This document shows, one piece after another, positions 37,627-47,187 of a stretch of DNA of 64,000 nucleotides. Location of the stretch: the NCBI GenBank assembly GCA_965248075.1, contig CBDFIL010000002.1, positions 16,223 through 80,222 on the forward strand, read 5' to 3'. Position numbers and translations under genes: made by a program. The notes beneath the pieces were generated by a model, which saw only the letters and a program-made list of their open reading frames with translations, was not told the origin of the DNA and made no database searches. Every line of letters begins with the position of its first letter. Positions within the stretch are counted from its first letter, which is position 1. The stretch comes from Candidatus Azotimanducaceae bacterium (GTDB taxonomy: Bacteria; Pseudomonadota; Gammaproteobacteria; Pseudomonadales; Azotimanducaceae).

Positions 37627-38409
37627 ATGCCCTACGTCACCTACGAGAAACGCGGCCACATCGCCATCATCACACTGAACCGCCCGCAGCGGATGAACGC
37701 GCTCGGCCGCGAACTGTCCGCCGACCTGCGGGACGCCGAGGCCGAGTTCGCGCGCGACGACGACGTCTGGCTGGGTATCTACACGGGGGCCGGAGACAGG
37801 GCCTTCTGCGCCGGCCTTGACCTCAAGGAGGCGGCCCAACAGGGTAGCGGTGGGGTGGCCGGCGCCAGCTCCGGGACGAGCCCGATCTCCCGCTTCGAGC
37901 GAATCGCCCCGGATCATGGCAAGGTCACGATCGCGGCCCTCAACGGCGCTGCCTACGGCGGCGGCCTCGAAATAGCGCTGGGGTGCGACATCCGCATCTG
38001 TGCCGAGAACGCGCGCATGGCCCTCGCGGAGGTGAAAGTGGGGTTGTGCCCGCCGGGCGGCTCGTTCAATCTGCCGCGTCTCGTGGGCCTGTCGAACTCG
38101 ATGTGGCTGTTGCTCTCGGGAGAGCCGGTCGACGCCGGGGAAGCGCTTCGTATGGGCCTCGTGACCCGTGTCGTCCCGTACGCGGAACTCCTCGACACGG
38201 CGGTCGGGATGGGCGAGACCATCGTCGCCAACGCCCCGCTCGCGGTACGTGCGACCCGCAAGCTCGCGCACCTGGGGATGGAGATGCCGCGCGACTATGC
38301 GCGGCGCATGGGGGCGATGCTGATCGAGTCCGTGTGGTCGTCCGAGGACGCGGTGGAAGGTGCGCGGGCGTTCGCGGAGCGCCGGCCGCCGGAATGGCAG
38401 ATGCGCTGA
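37627..38409 (+). CDS. Enoyl-CoA hydratase/isomerase (crotonase) family protein
   Basis: ITLNRPQRMNAL, AFCAGLDLKE, GAAYGGGLEIALGCDIRI. Confidence 0.92.
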   Translation: MPYVTYEKRGHIAIITLNRPQRMNALGRELSADLRDAEAEFARDDDVWLGIYTGAGDRAFCAGLDLKEAAQQGSGGVAGASSGTSPISRFERIAPDHGKVTIAALNGAAYGGGLEIALGCDIRICAENARMALAEVKVGLCPPGGSFNLPRLVGLSNSMWLLLSGEPVDAGEALRMGLVTRVVPYAELLDTAVGMGETIVANAPLAVRATRKLAHLGMEMPRDYARRMGAMLIESVWSSEDAVEGARAFAERRPPEWQMR

Positions 38410-38470
38410 TGGTCCTTCCTGCCGGGAGTTTCGCGCCAGCGAAACTCCCAACGCGAACGCAGTTCGCACG

Positions 38471-40537
38471 CTAGCGACACTCGAAGTCCGCCGGGTTCTT
38501 GCCGGAACCGCCGACGTACTCGGCCCGGGCCGGATACGCGCAGAGCGGCCGAGCCTCACTGCCGTCCTCGAAGGCGGCCGGCAGGGTGTCCGGCGCCTCA
38601 CCGTCGGCGTCCCAACGCTCCAGCGCGCCGAGGTAGTCCACCATCCAGGGCCCCGGACCGCCCTGGCAGTGCAGCACCCCGGGGAGCATGAACAGGCGTA
38701 CGTCCGCCCGGGCCGCGGGATCGCGGGTGTAGACCTGCTCCACGTAATCGATCGTCGCCAAAGCGGACAGTGCGGCGTCGGCCCAGCCGTGGTAGAGGAG
38801 CAGCTTGCCCCCGGCCTCCCGGAACGCGTCGATGTCGGGGTCCGTCGCGTTGATGGCCGCCGCGGCGGTCGCGGTCCGTGCTCGATAGCCATGGAAGTCC
38901 ATCCCCTCGTGCGTCCAGTCCGGGTCGTGCTCGACCATGTACCGCATGAATCCGACGCCGAAGGCGAAAGCCCGCGAAGGCGGTCCGTCAGGAGCCTCCT
39001 CGGGTATACCGGTCAGCCATGTGTGCCAGCCCCGCGGCTGGTCCTCGCCGCCGAACGGCCAGCCCGGATGGACGGGGCCGTCTGCGGTTCGCGGGCCTGC
39101 GTAGATCGCGCGGATGGCGGCGATCTTCGCGGGCGACAGGTCGAGCCGGCCGGGGTCGAAGTCGCAGTCCCGGGGGTCGTTCAGGATGCCGTCGGCAAGT
39201 CCATCCCGGGCATCGCATCGTGCGAGCACCGCCTCGCCCAGCAGCGTGAGGTCGTCCCGCGTGAGCACCGGGGCCGACAGGTCGTCGATGTCGGGATAGA
39301 CGTGCATCGTGGCGTGGAGGAACGCCGCGGCGAGTCCGGCGAAGTCGAACGCCGGGGCCCCGGAAACAATGGCGTCGAATTCGCTGGGATAGCGCTGGGC
39401 GAAGATCAGTCCCTGGCGGCCCCCGTTCGAACAGCCGGCGAAATACGAGCGCTCGGGCGCCGCCGCGTAGTGCCTCGCCGTGACGTACTTCGACACTTGC
39501 GCGACCCGGTGCATGGCGAGGTAGCCGTAGTTGACGATGCGCTCGAGATTGTGGAGCGCCCACGCAGCGTCGGTGCCGGCGCCCTGGTGGCCGGTATCGG
39601 TTCCCGCCGTGGCGTAGCCGCCCTCGAGCGCGCGCGGTAGTGCCTGGTTCTGGATGGAGCCGACGTAGCCGCCTCCGCCGCCCATGAGGAACTTGCCGTT
39701 CCAGGTATCCGGCAGCCACAGCGAGAAGTTGATCTCCCGGTCGAGCCTCGCGGTGAGCTTGCAGTGATCCACCGGTTGGTCCGGCCGGGCCCAGATGGTG
39801 CCCGCCCGCCGCGGCGGATCGAACAGGCTGAAGGAACGCTCCTCGGGTACGAAGAGGTTCGTGCAGCGATAGTCGTTGCTGCCGGTACCCCTGAGCCCCG
39901 TGGTGTACCACGTGTCCTCGATCTCGTAGTCGTCGGGGCGCCCGTACAGGATGCGCCAGAGCGGTCGCCCGGCCGCGTCGTGTGCTACTTCCCCGTCTTC
40001 TTCGAATACCGTACATCCCGCGACCAGCCAGTCGCAGTGCCCGCATCCGCTGCCGAACATCCACCGGCCGCTCATCCGACAGCCGCCCTGCACGCGGTGC
40101 GCCTGGCCGGACGGGTAGACCCAGCCGGAAGTGGCCATGTCGAGCCGCGGGTACATTTCGCGGGCCACCGCGTCGTCGAGGTAGCCGGAGTAGATGCCGG
40201 AGTCGCACCAGATGAAGCGACACCAGCCCACGGAGGCGTCCGCCCGGGACAGGATCTCGATCACCTCGACCCGTTCCAGTGCCGTCATCTCGGGTCCGCC
40301 CCAGATCTTCGGCATGTTCATGCGCAGGATGCCTGCCTGTCGGACCTCCTCGACGATGTCCGCGGGAAGATTGCGCAGTTCGTCGTAGCGCGCCGCCAGG
40401 CTTCGCTCCCGGATACGGTCCGCGAGCGCGCGGGCATTCTGCAGGATCTCGCCCGCCGTCATCGGGGCGCCGGCCTGTGGTCGATGCGGGGCCGCCGGCG
40501 CCTCTGCTGCGGCGGATGGGGTTACCGGGGTAGGCAC
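38471..40537 (-). CDS. Chimeric ORF: N-terminal and middle domains of an acyl-CoA dehydrogenase-type flavoprotein fused in frame to a tannase/feruloyl-esterase family hydrolase
   Basis: aa ~30-250: GILRMNMPKIWGGPEMT, RMSGRWMFGSGCGHCDWL, TWYTTGLRGTGSNDY..NLFVPEERSF (ACAD/DszC-like; the C-terminal helical domain is absent). aa ~260-688: INFSLWLPDTWNGKF..GGGGG, YFAGCSNGGRQG, GAPAFDF, CQGGPGP, RPLCAYPARAEYVGGSGKNPADFEC (tannase family). Alternative start ATG 40462. Confidence 0.8.
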   Translation of the reverse strand: MPTPVTPSAAAEAPAAPHRPQAGAPMTAGEILQNARALADRIRERSLAARYDELRNLPADIVEEVRQAGILRMNMPKIWGGPEMTALERVEVIEILSRADASVGWCRFIWCDSGIYSGYLDDAVAREMYPRLDMATSGWVYPSGQAHRVQGGCRMSGRWMFGSGCGHCDWLVAGCTVFEEDGEVAHDAAGRPLWRILYGRPDDYEIEDTWYTTGLRGTGSNDYRCTNLFVPEERSFSLFDPPRRAGTIWARPDQPVDHCKLTARLDREINFSLWLPDTWNGKFLMGGGGGYVGSIQNQALPRALEGGYATAGTDTGHQGAGTDAAWALHNLERIVNYGYLAMHRVAQVSKYVTARHYAAAPERSYFAGCSNGGRQGLIFAQRYPSEFDAIVSGAPAFDFAGLAAAFLHATMHVYPDIDDLSAPVLTRDDLTLLGEAVLARCDARDGLADGILNDPRDCDFDPGRLDLSPAKIAAIRAIYAGPRTADGPVHPGWPFGGEDQPRGWHTWLTGIPEEAPDGPPSRAFAFGVGFMRYMVEHDPDWTHEGMDFHGYRARTATAAAAINATDPDIDAFREAGGKLLLYHGWADAALSALATIDYVEQVYTRDPAARADVRLFMLPGVLHCQGGPGPWMVDYLGALERWDADGEAPDTLPAAFEDGSEARPLCAYPARAEYVGGSGKNPADFECR

Positions 40538-40625
40538 GCCGTTGTCCTCCTCGTGCTGCGCTGGGCTTCGCGATGCATGTTAAAGGCAAGTTTCGTGGCA
40601 AGGGATGGTTGCCCCGGGGCGCGCG

Positions 40626-40800
40626 TCACCGCAGGAACAGCCGGTACGCGGGGTTGCCGGTCTCCTCCCGATACTCGTAACCCACTTCGTCGAGAAACCC
40701 CTGGAACTCGGCCCGCTCGGTCCGCGGCACCTGCAGCCCCAGCAGCACGCGTCCGTAGGCCGATCCGTGGTTGCGGTAGTGGAACATGCTGATATGTTCC
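40626..40800 (-). pseudogene. ilvA: 3'-terminal relic of biosynthetic threonine dehydratase (regulatory ACT-like domain only)
   Basis: ...HISMFHYRNHGSAYGRVLLGLQVPRTERAEFQGFLDEVGYEYREETGNPAYRLFLR-stop matches the extreme C-terminus of IlvA. The upstream part of ORF 40626..40985 is not IlvA-like. Confidence 0.7.
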
Positions 40801-41059
40801 AGGGCCGGCGCCCCATGTTTAGTCTCGGGGCATCGGAGGGCGCTCGATGGGCGGTTGGCGCGGTTTGGCGGCGCGCAATGATAGCGGCTGTGCCGGGGAC
40901 CGGCATCCGGCGAGTGATGCAAGCCGCCCCCTGCCGGTGGAGCCGCACCGGTGGTAGCCACGCCGAACCATGCACGGCCTTTCAACGCCCCTCAGGGCGC
41001 GCCAGCGGAGCGAGGTGCCGCTCGGACGGCGGCGCCCCGTCACACGGATCGGAGCCTGA

Positions 41060-41464
41060 TCAGGCCCAGATTCCGTACAACAGCGCCACGACGGTCACCA
41101 GGTACAGCAACCAGGTCAGGATGTTGCCGGCCGCCCGCGTCGACGGTACGCCATCGACGATCTGCTGGATCCCGTGGGCATGCAGGATGCGCGCGAGGAA
41201 CAGGATGCCGCCAATGGTGTGGAGGAGCCAGTGCGGAAACTGCAGGAGGGCCAGCAGCCCCATCCCGATCAGCAGGCCCGGCACGTACTCGATGTTGTTG
41301 CCGTGGGCGCGGATCGCGCGCTCGAGTTCCACGCTGTCGCCGCTGCCGACCCCGACGCCGGTCTTCGCCCGCACGCGGGTCACGTTCAGGCCCAGCAGCA
41401 GCATGAGGCCGAGGTTGAGCGCCGCCCAGAGGGCGAGTGGATACATTGCGCCTTCGTTCAGCAT
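41060..41464 (-). CDS. MAPEG-family membrane protein
   Basis: 134 aa, 4 hydrophobic helices, ...RVRAKTGVGVGSGDSVELERAIRAHGNNIEYVPGLL... Confidence 0.82.
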   Translation of the reverse strand: MLNEGAMYPLALWAALNLGLMLLLGLNVTRVRAKTGVGVGSGDSVELERAIRAHGNNIEYVPGLLIGMGLLALLQFPHWLLHTIGGILFLARILHAHGIQQIVDGVPSTRAAGNILTWLLYLVTVVALLYGIWA

Positions 41465-41469
41465 GCCCT

Positions 41470-42830
41470 GATCTCCCTGATTGCCGTGAGACTGATCGAT
41501 CCCCGAAACTCCGGTTGCCGTTCCGTCAGACCTACTCGACTATGCCTAAACATACCCAAAGCTGACTTCCTGCTTCGCAGAGGCCGGTTTCACCGGGACG
41601 ATACGGCGAACGCCGCCGTCCCGGCCAGAGCAGGCCTCTCCACAGGCTTTGACCGTGGAACTCACGGCATAACTTCTCAGATTCACGGCGGCGTTCACGT
41701 CCCGGTCGTGACCGCTCCCGCACGCGGTGCACGTCCAGTGCCTGAGCGACAGCGGCAGCCGCTCGCGCCGCTGCCCGCCCGCCGAGCACATCTTGCTGCT
41801 CGGAAACCAGCGGCCCGCCACCACTACCAAGCCGCCCCGCATCGGCGCCTTGTACTCGACCTGGCGGCGGAACTCCCGAAAGCCCGCGTCGCCGACGGCC
41901 CGCGCCAGGTGGCGATTCGCCATCATGCCGCGCACATTCAGATCCTCGATGCCGATCATGTCGAACCGACGCGACAGGTCAGTCGTCAGCTTGTGCAGCG
42001 CATCGGCGCGGACGTTTGCGATCCGCGCGTCGAGCCGAGCGAGCCGGCGCTGGTCCTTGCGCCTGTTGGAGGAGCCCTTCAGCTTGCGGCTCACGCTGCG
42101 CGCCAGCCGCTGCCTGCGCTTGAGCAGCCTCCGGTACGGCCTCGGCCCCGCCACCTTCTCGCCGGTGGAAAGCACCGCCAGCGCCGACACGCCCAGGTCG
42201 ACACCACCGCGCCTTGGTTTTCGGCTACCGGGAGGGGCGACAGGTCGTGCGTATCGACGTTGACGGCGACAAACCAGCGGTCCGCCGTGCGGGAGATGGT
42301 GGCCGAGACAACCTCGCCGGTGAAGCGCAGCCCCTCGCGCATGCGCACCCAGCCGGGTTTTGGGATGTGGATGCGACGCCCGTCGATGCGGAACTGGTCG
42401 TTGCTGAGCGTGAAGCGGTCGTGCACGCCCTTGCGGCGGAAGCGCGGGTACCGGGCGCGCTTGGCGAAGAAGTTCCTGAACGCGTCTCCCAGATGGACGA
42501 TCGCCATCTGCGGGGCGTTCTTCGTCACCTCGAGCATCCACGGGAACTTCTCGCGTTTGAGGGCGTTCAACTGGCGCCGCAGGGCTTGCTGCGATGGTTT
42601 CGGCAGCGACTCGTCTTCGAGATGCTCCCGGTACTGGCGCTGCCACTCGGCGAGCGCCCAGTTGTAGGCGAAGCGCGCCGTGCCGGCGGCCCTTGCCAGG
42701 TAGGTCGCCTGTGCGTTATTCGGCGCGAGCGCGATCCTGTGCCCCCGCATCACTGTCCCACCAGCCTCCCACCAGCCTCCACTGCGCCCTCGTCAACCCT
42801 CGCAGCAGTAGAATTATCTACCTATAGGTG
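41470..42830 (-). mobile_element. TnpB-only IS200/IS605-family (IS1341-type) element; approximate limits
   Basis: Contains only tnpB (no tnpA). It is bounded by the MAPEG start (41464) and an AT-richer segment (tagaattatctacctataggtggatatttcgcc, ~42810-42840). Ends are not mapped precisely. Confidence 0.7.
41546..42753 (-). pseudogene. tnpB: TnpB (OrfB, RuvC-like RNA-guided nuclease family) with a frameshift and a mutated zinc-finger cysteine
   Basis: N-terminal frame (42753 down): MMRGHRIALAPNNAQATYLARAAGTARFAYNWAL...RTADRWFVAVNVD...PVAENQGAV. The C-terminal frame continues GVDLGVSALAVLSTGEKV...IGIEDLNVRGM...WTCTACGSGHDRDVNAAVNL. The switch is at ~42204, where gcggtggtgtcgac appears to lack one G. 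CSAGG stands where CSxCG is expected (GGC 41777-41779). Confidence 0.85.
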
Positions 42831-43030
42831 GATATTTCGCCAACTGTTTGAGCCCTCTTCGCGGGCCCGGGCAACTTCGACCTCCGTAGGATGCCACAGA
42901 CCGCCGGACGCCTCAGGACGTGTTTCCAGTGCCGCCACGGGCCTCGTTCGGGCGCCGCACGCCGCTGCCGAGCGCTCCAGGCAGGAGCCCGGTGTGCCAT
43001 AATCCAGCGTTTTCAACTTGGGGCTATGCC

Positions 43031-44308
43031 ATGAACCGACCCAACGTCATCGCGGACCAGGTTGCAACGGTTACCGGGGCAGGTTCGGCCGCCTACGTGC
43101 CGCCGTTCGAACTGACGGAGGGGCAGCCACCCCCGTTCGCCGCGCACGGCGGTCTGTCCTACATGTCGTTCGATCGGGACGGGGACGCGGGCACGGCCAC
43201 GGCGACGGAGGCGGCGCTCGCGCAGATCGCCGGGGGCGAGGGACTGGCGGTCATCGACATGATCGAGAACGCACCCCCCGGTCCCATCGAGACCAAGTGG
43301 GGTTTCGGGTTTCGTGAGTACTCCGAGTGCCTCGAATACATGCGGGCGAACAACATCGAAGCTCCGGAAGGCGGCCTGGCCCTGCCGCTGCGTTACACGG
43401 TCTACGAGGAGCCCTCCTACTCCATCGTCTCGTCCAACGCACTCTGGCGGGATCCAACGCGGGCGGATGAAGCAGATGCGGTCCGCCAGTACGAGCGGGA
43501 CCACGGGCGGCGATGCCTCTACTTTCCCCAGGTGCTGCGCGACGCGCGACGCATGGAGGAGTACTACCCGGGTCTCTCGGCCTCGAGCGCCGAGTGCATG
43601 GACAAGCTGGGCGTGTCGCTGGCGCACTGCGAGTCCAGGTGCCGGAACTTCTATGACCCCGAGGAGGTGGAGCGCGTGTTCTACCCGGAGATCGAGAAGC
43701 TCCTCCTGGAGTTCTTCCCGGGTGCGACGGACGCGCTCGTGTACAACCACGACGTGTTCGACAAGGACTACCAGGGCGATCGCACGGAGGATCAGGACAA
43801 CAGGAACCCGGGCGTGAACGCCGGCTACGCCAACCTCGTGCACAACGATCTGAACGACAACAGCGGTCGCGTGCGCTGCCGCGAGTTGCTGACGCAGAAC
43901 CTGCGGAACTTCGGGCGCGAGCAGCACCACACGGAGGCGGAGGCCGACGCGAAGATGTCGCGGCGGTTCATGTCGATCAACCTCGCCAAGCCCATGGAGA
44001 CCGTGCGCCAGAACCCATTCGTGTTGTGCGCATGGCCCTCGTTCGCGGATCAGCCGTATATCACCAACTATCGCATCTACGACGACCGCGTCGGCGAGAC
44101 CACGCGCTTCACCTACCGGCCCGACCACGAGTGGTACTGGATTCCCCAGCAGACATCGACCGAGGTCTCGATGCTGAAGTGCTACGACTCCGTCACGGAC
44201 GGCTCCGTGTCGCGTTGGTCCTTCCATACGGCTTGCGTCGACCCGACGGCGCCGGACGACGCCCCGTGCCGGAAAAACGTCGTGGTCAGATCCTTCGTCT
44301 TCTTTTAG
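43031..44308 (+). CDS. CmcJ/NvfI-like oxygenase-family protein with ~170-aa N-terminal extension
   Basis: C-terminal ~250 aa: VERVFYPEIEKLLLEFFPGATDALVYNHDVF...LVHNDLNDNS...RRFMSINLAKP...NPFVLCAW...HEWYWIPQQTSTEVSMLKCYDS...SFHTACVDP...RSFVFF. The family call comes from remembered motif patterns only. Confidence 0.65.
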   Translation: MNRPNVIADQVATVTGAGSAAYVPPFELTEGQPPPFAAHGGLSYMSFDRDGDAGTATATEAALAQIAGGEGLAVIDMIENAPPGPIETKWGFGFREYSECLEYMRANNIEAPEGGLALPLRYTVYEEPSYSIVSSNALWRDPTRADEADAVRQYERDHGRRCLYFPQVLRDARRMEEYYPGLSASSAECMDKLGVSLAHCESRCRNFYDPEEVERVFYPEIEKLLLEFFPGATDALVYNHDVFDKDYQGDRTEDQDNRNPGVNAGYANLVHNDLNDNSGRVRCRELLTQNLRNFGREQHHTEAEADAKMSRRFMSINLAKPMETVRQNPFVLCAWPSFADQPYITNYRIYDDRVGETTRFTYRPDHEWYWIPQQTSTEVSMLKCYDSVTDGSVSRWSFHTACVDPTAPDDAPCRKNVVVRSFVFF

Positions 44309-44358
44309 GTTTTTGGCGGACACGGTAGACGCGTAGCCGCGGGGATCCGGTCGCAGTA

Positions 44359-45765
44359 TCAGAGCTGCGGCCGGTGCTGTGCCCAAGGCCGTGCCCGCTC
44401 GAACGACGCCGCGGCCCGCAACACTTCCGCATCCGCACCGCGGCGGCCGACGATCTGCAGGCCGACTGGCAGGCCGGCCGGGGTAAACCCGCAAGGTATG
44501 CTCGCCGCCGGCAGGCCGCTCATGTTGAACGGGTAGCAGAACTCGGACCAGCTGATCCAGTCCCACGGGTGCTGCGGCCAGTGCGCCGGTTGCAGCCGTT
44601 CGGCTGGGAACGCGGCGACGCTCACGGAAGGCGTCAGCAACAGGTCCCAGTCCGCCATGAAGCGGTGCTGGCGCTCCACGTACGCGAGTTTGCTGGCCCG
44701 CATGGCGATGTAGGCCTGGGCGGAATAGCCGGCGCCGGCACGGATGCAGGCGACCAGCCCGGGATCCATCTGCGCTTCCCAGCGATCGAGCAGCGGAGCG
44801 AGCCCGGTTTCGTGGACCGCCCAGAAGAACCTGCCGATTTCGGGTCCCTCGGCGCCCCAGGCGGGCACGACCTCCTCCACGTGGCAGCCGAAGGACTCGA
44901 ATGTGCGTGCGGCAGCGGCGACCAGGTCCGCCACCTCGGAGTCGACGCGGGCGTGGCCGAGGTCGGGACTGAAGGCGATGCACAGATCGGAGACGTCCGT
45001 ATCGAGGCCCGCCAGGTAGTCGATGCGCGGACCGGTCAGGCTCGTATGATCGAACGGATGCGCGCCTGCTGTGGCGTTCAGGAACAACGCCGCATCGCGT
45101 ACCGTTCGGGCGATGGGACCCACGTGGGAGACGTTGTCGTTGTTGCGCACGGGGATGTGTGGCACGGTGCCCCACGTGGGCTTCAGCCCGAACACACCGC
45201 TGAAATGCGACGGCATGCGGATCGAGCCGGCGCCGTCGGAGCCCTGGTGCAGCGGTCCGAAGCCGCTGGCCGCAGCGGCCCCGGCACCGGCGGACGATGC
45301 TCCGGCGTTGAGACCGTATCCCCACGGATTGTGCGTCACGCCGGTCAGGGGGCTGCGGCTGACGCCGGTCCAGCCGAACTCCGGCGTAGTGGTCTTGCCA
45401 AGGATGACGGCGCCGGCAGCTTTGAGGCGCTGGGCGACCGGGGCGTCGGCGTCCGCGACCTGGCCGACTTGGGTGTGCGAACCCGCCTCCAGCGGATGCC
45501 CGGCGAGCTGGTGGAGGTCCTTGATCGTGATCGGTACGCCGTGCAGCGGGCCGAGGTCGTCGCCCCGTGTCACCGCGTGCTCGGCGTCCCGTGCCATGTC
45601 CAACGCGAGCTCCGCCGTGAGGTGGGCAAAGGCATTGACGCGACTGTTGTGGCGTTCGATGCGGTCCAGTACGGCCCGCACGACTTCGACCGGGGAGATG
45701 TCCCGTGTACCGATGCGCGCGGCGAGTTCGGTCGCCGGTACGAAGCAGAGGTCGTCGTCCCTCAT
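44359..45765 (-). CDS. Amidase-signature family amidase (468 aa, intact)
   Basis: GVPITIKDL, NAGASSAGAGAAAASGFGPLHQGSDGAGSIRMPSHFSGVFGLKPT. Confidence 0.9.
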   Translation of the reverse strand: MRDDDLCFVPATELAARIGTRDISPVEVVRAVLDRIERHNSRVNAFAHLTAELALDMARDAEHAVTRGDDLGPLHGVPITIKDLHQLAGHPLEAGSHTQVGQVADADAPVAQRLKAAGAVILGKTTTPEFGWTGVSRSPLTGVTHNPWGYGLNAGASSAGAGAAAASGFGPLHQGSDGAGSIRMPSHFSGVFGLKPTWGTVPHIPVRNNDNVSHVGPIARTVRDAALFLNATAGAHPFDHTSLTGPRIDYLAGLDTDVSDLCIAFSPDLGHARVDSEVADLVAAAARTFESFGCHVEEVVPAWGAEGPEIGRFFWAVHETGLAPLLDRWEAQMDPGLVACIRAGAGYSAQAYIAMRASKLAYVERQHRFMADWDLLLTPSVSVAAFPAERLQPAHWPQHPWDWISWSEFCYPFNMSGLPAASIPCGFTPAGLPVGLQIVGRRGADAEVLRAAASFERARPWAQHRPQL

Positions 45766-45808
45766 CGCGCCTGACAGGGCACGGCGCAGGGGCGTGATCG
45801 CTGCACGT

Positions 45809-46078
45809 TCAGTCCTTCAGCCCCGCGATCTCGCGATCGAGCTGAGACCGGGGATCCGTGACGATCGCTTCCAGGGCGCGTACCCGCTCCTCCAGGTTGC
45901 CGCTCTCCTCGACGGCGGCAACGCGTTCCTCCAGCTCCGCAATCCGGTCGCCGCCCGATGCGGATCTTGACCTGGCGTAGATGCGATACGCCTCCAGCAG
46001 GCACCCGCATACGACCGCGAGGGCAACGAAGCTCCAGAATCCCATGCGTACTTCTCCCTGATCCGTTGGGCGGATCAT
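45809..46078 (-). CDS. Small single-pass membrane protein with C-terminal coiled coil (PspB-like architecture)
   Basis: FWSFVALAVVCGCLLEAYRIY, then IAELEERVAAVEESGNLEERVRALEAIVTDP. Alternative start ATG 46045. Confidence 0.45.
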   Translation of the reverse strand: MIRPTDQGEVRMGFWSFVALAVVCGCLLEAYRIYARSRSASGGDRIAELEERVAAVEESGNLEERVRALEAIVTDPRSQLDREIAGLKD

Positions 46079-46119
46079 ATTGCAATCGCGGCAGGGAGGG
46101 GCGGGCCTATACTGGCGCC

Positions 46120-47112
46120 ATGAGCACCGAACCCGATCCCGTCGCGATTTATCTCCATACGTTCGAGCGTCTGCGTGCCCGCAAGCGCTGGTCGACGGAG
46201 ACGGCCACGCTCCGCTTCGTTGCCCTGACCCTCGGCGCCGCCGGTCGGACGATGGACTTCGACACGCTGGAGGATGCCGCGGCGGGTTTGCGCAAGCGGG
46301 CCCGGTGGACCGGTCCGTTGCGATCCGAGATCCGATACGTCGTCGCGGCCATGATCCTGCGACGCGGGCTGGATCCGGAAACCGTCCATCGGTGCGTCAT
46401 CGAGACGCGGGACGCGTTCAGGGCACATCGTCTGCCGAGTCGTGGGACCGGGCCTACCCTGGCGGCGCTCGTGCTCGCGCTGCAGGGTGAGGGACGGCCG
46501 GTGCCGGACGGGCACGTCGAACGGCTTGCCGGCATCTACCGCCGATGGCGCGCGGATCACTTCTGGCTCACGAACGCCAACGACCTGCCGGCCGCCGCAC
46601 TGCACGCCGGCCGCGAACGGGAGGTGGACATGTTGACCGCGGAGATCGAACGCGCCTACGACCGGCTCGTCGAGCGGGGCTTTCGGCGCGGTGATGCACT
46701 GCAACTGGTCTCACACCTGCTGGCCGTCGACCCGAGGGGTGTGGACACGGGGGTCCAGCGCTTCCGGCAGGTCGCCGAGTGCCTGCGAGGGGCCGGCGAG
46801 CGCGTGCGGCCCGGCCGTTACGACGAGATAGCGATACTCGCACTGACCGCAGACGCCGAGACCAGCGTGGTCGACCGCGTACTGAGCTACCGGGACCGGC
46901 TTCGGGATGCGAAGCCGCGCCCGTCGAAGGATCTGGCATTCTCCCTCGCCGCCGGCATCGAGTTGGCCCGGGACACCGACCGGGCCGCGGAGCGCGGCGC
47001 CGGCGACCTCGCGGCACTGCAGTCCATCCGTGCGATCCTCGATGCGCAACAGGCCGCGGTGGCCGGCGCGCTTGCGGCGAGCAGCGCCGCGGCGCACTCG
47101 TCCGGAGGGTAG
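46120..47112 (+). CDS. Hypothetical protein (330 aa), helical, family not recognised
   Basis: ATG 46120 inside ORF 45958..47112. Protein-like composition (MSTEPDPVAIYLHTFERLRARKRWSTETATLRFVALTLG...). Confidence 0.55.
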   Translation: MSTEPDPVAIYLHTFERLRARKRWSTETATLRFVALTLGAAGRTMDFDTLEDAAAGLRKRARWTGPLRSEIRYVVAAMILRRGLDPETVHRCVIETRDAFRAHRLPSRGTGPTLAALVLALQGEGRPVPDGHVERLAGIYRRWRADHFWLTNANDLPAAALHAGREREVDMLTAEIERAYDRLVERGFRRGDALQLVSHLLAVDPRGVDTGVQRFRQVAECLRGAGERVRPGRYDEIAILALTADAETSVVDRVLSYRDRLRDAKPRPSKDLAFSLAAGIELARDTDRAAERGAGDLAALQSIRAILDAQQAAVAGALAASSAAAHSSGG

Positions 47113-47187
47113 CGGGCGTCTGAGCGATGGCGGCGTGCATTGGCTTCAGGCACCGGCGGCTCATTTGGCCCCGGGAGGAGTTCCCCC

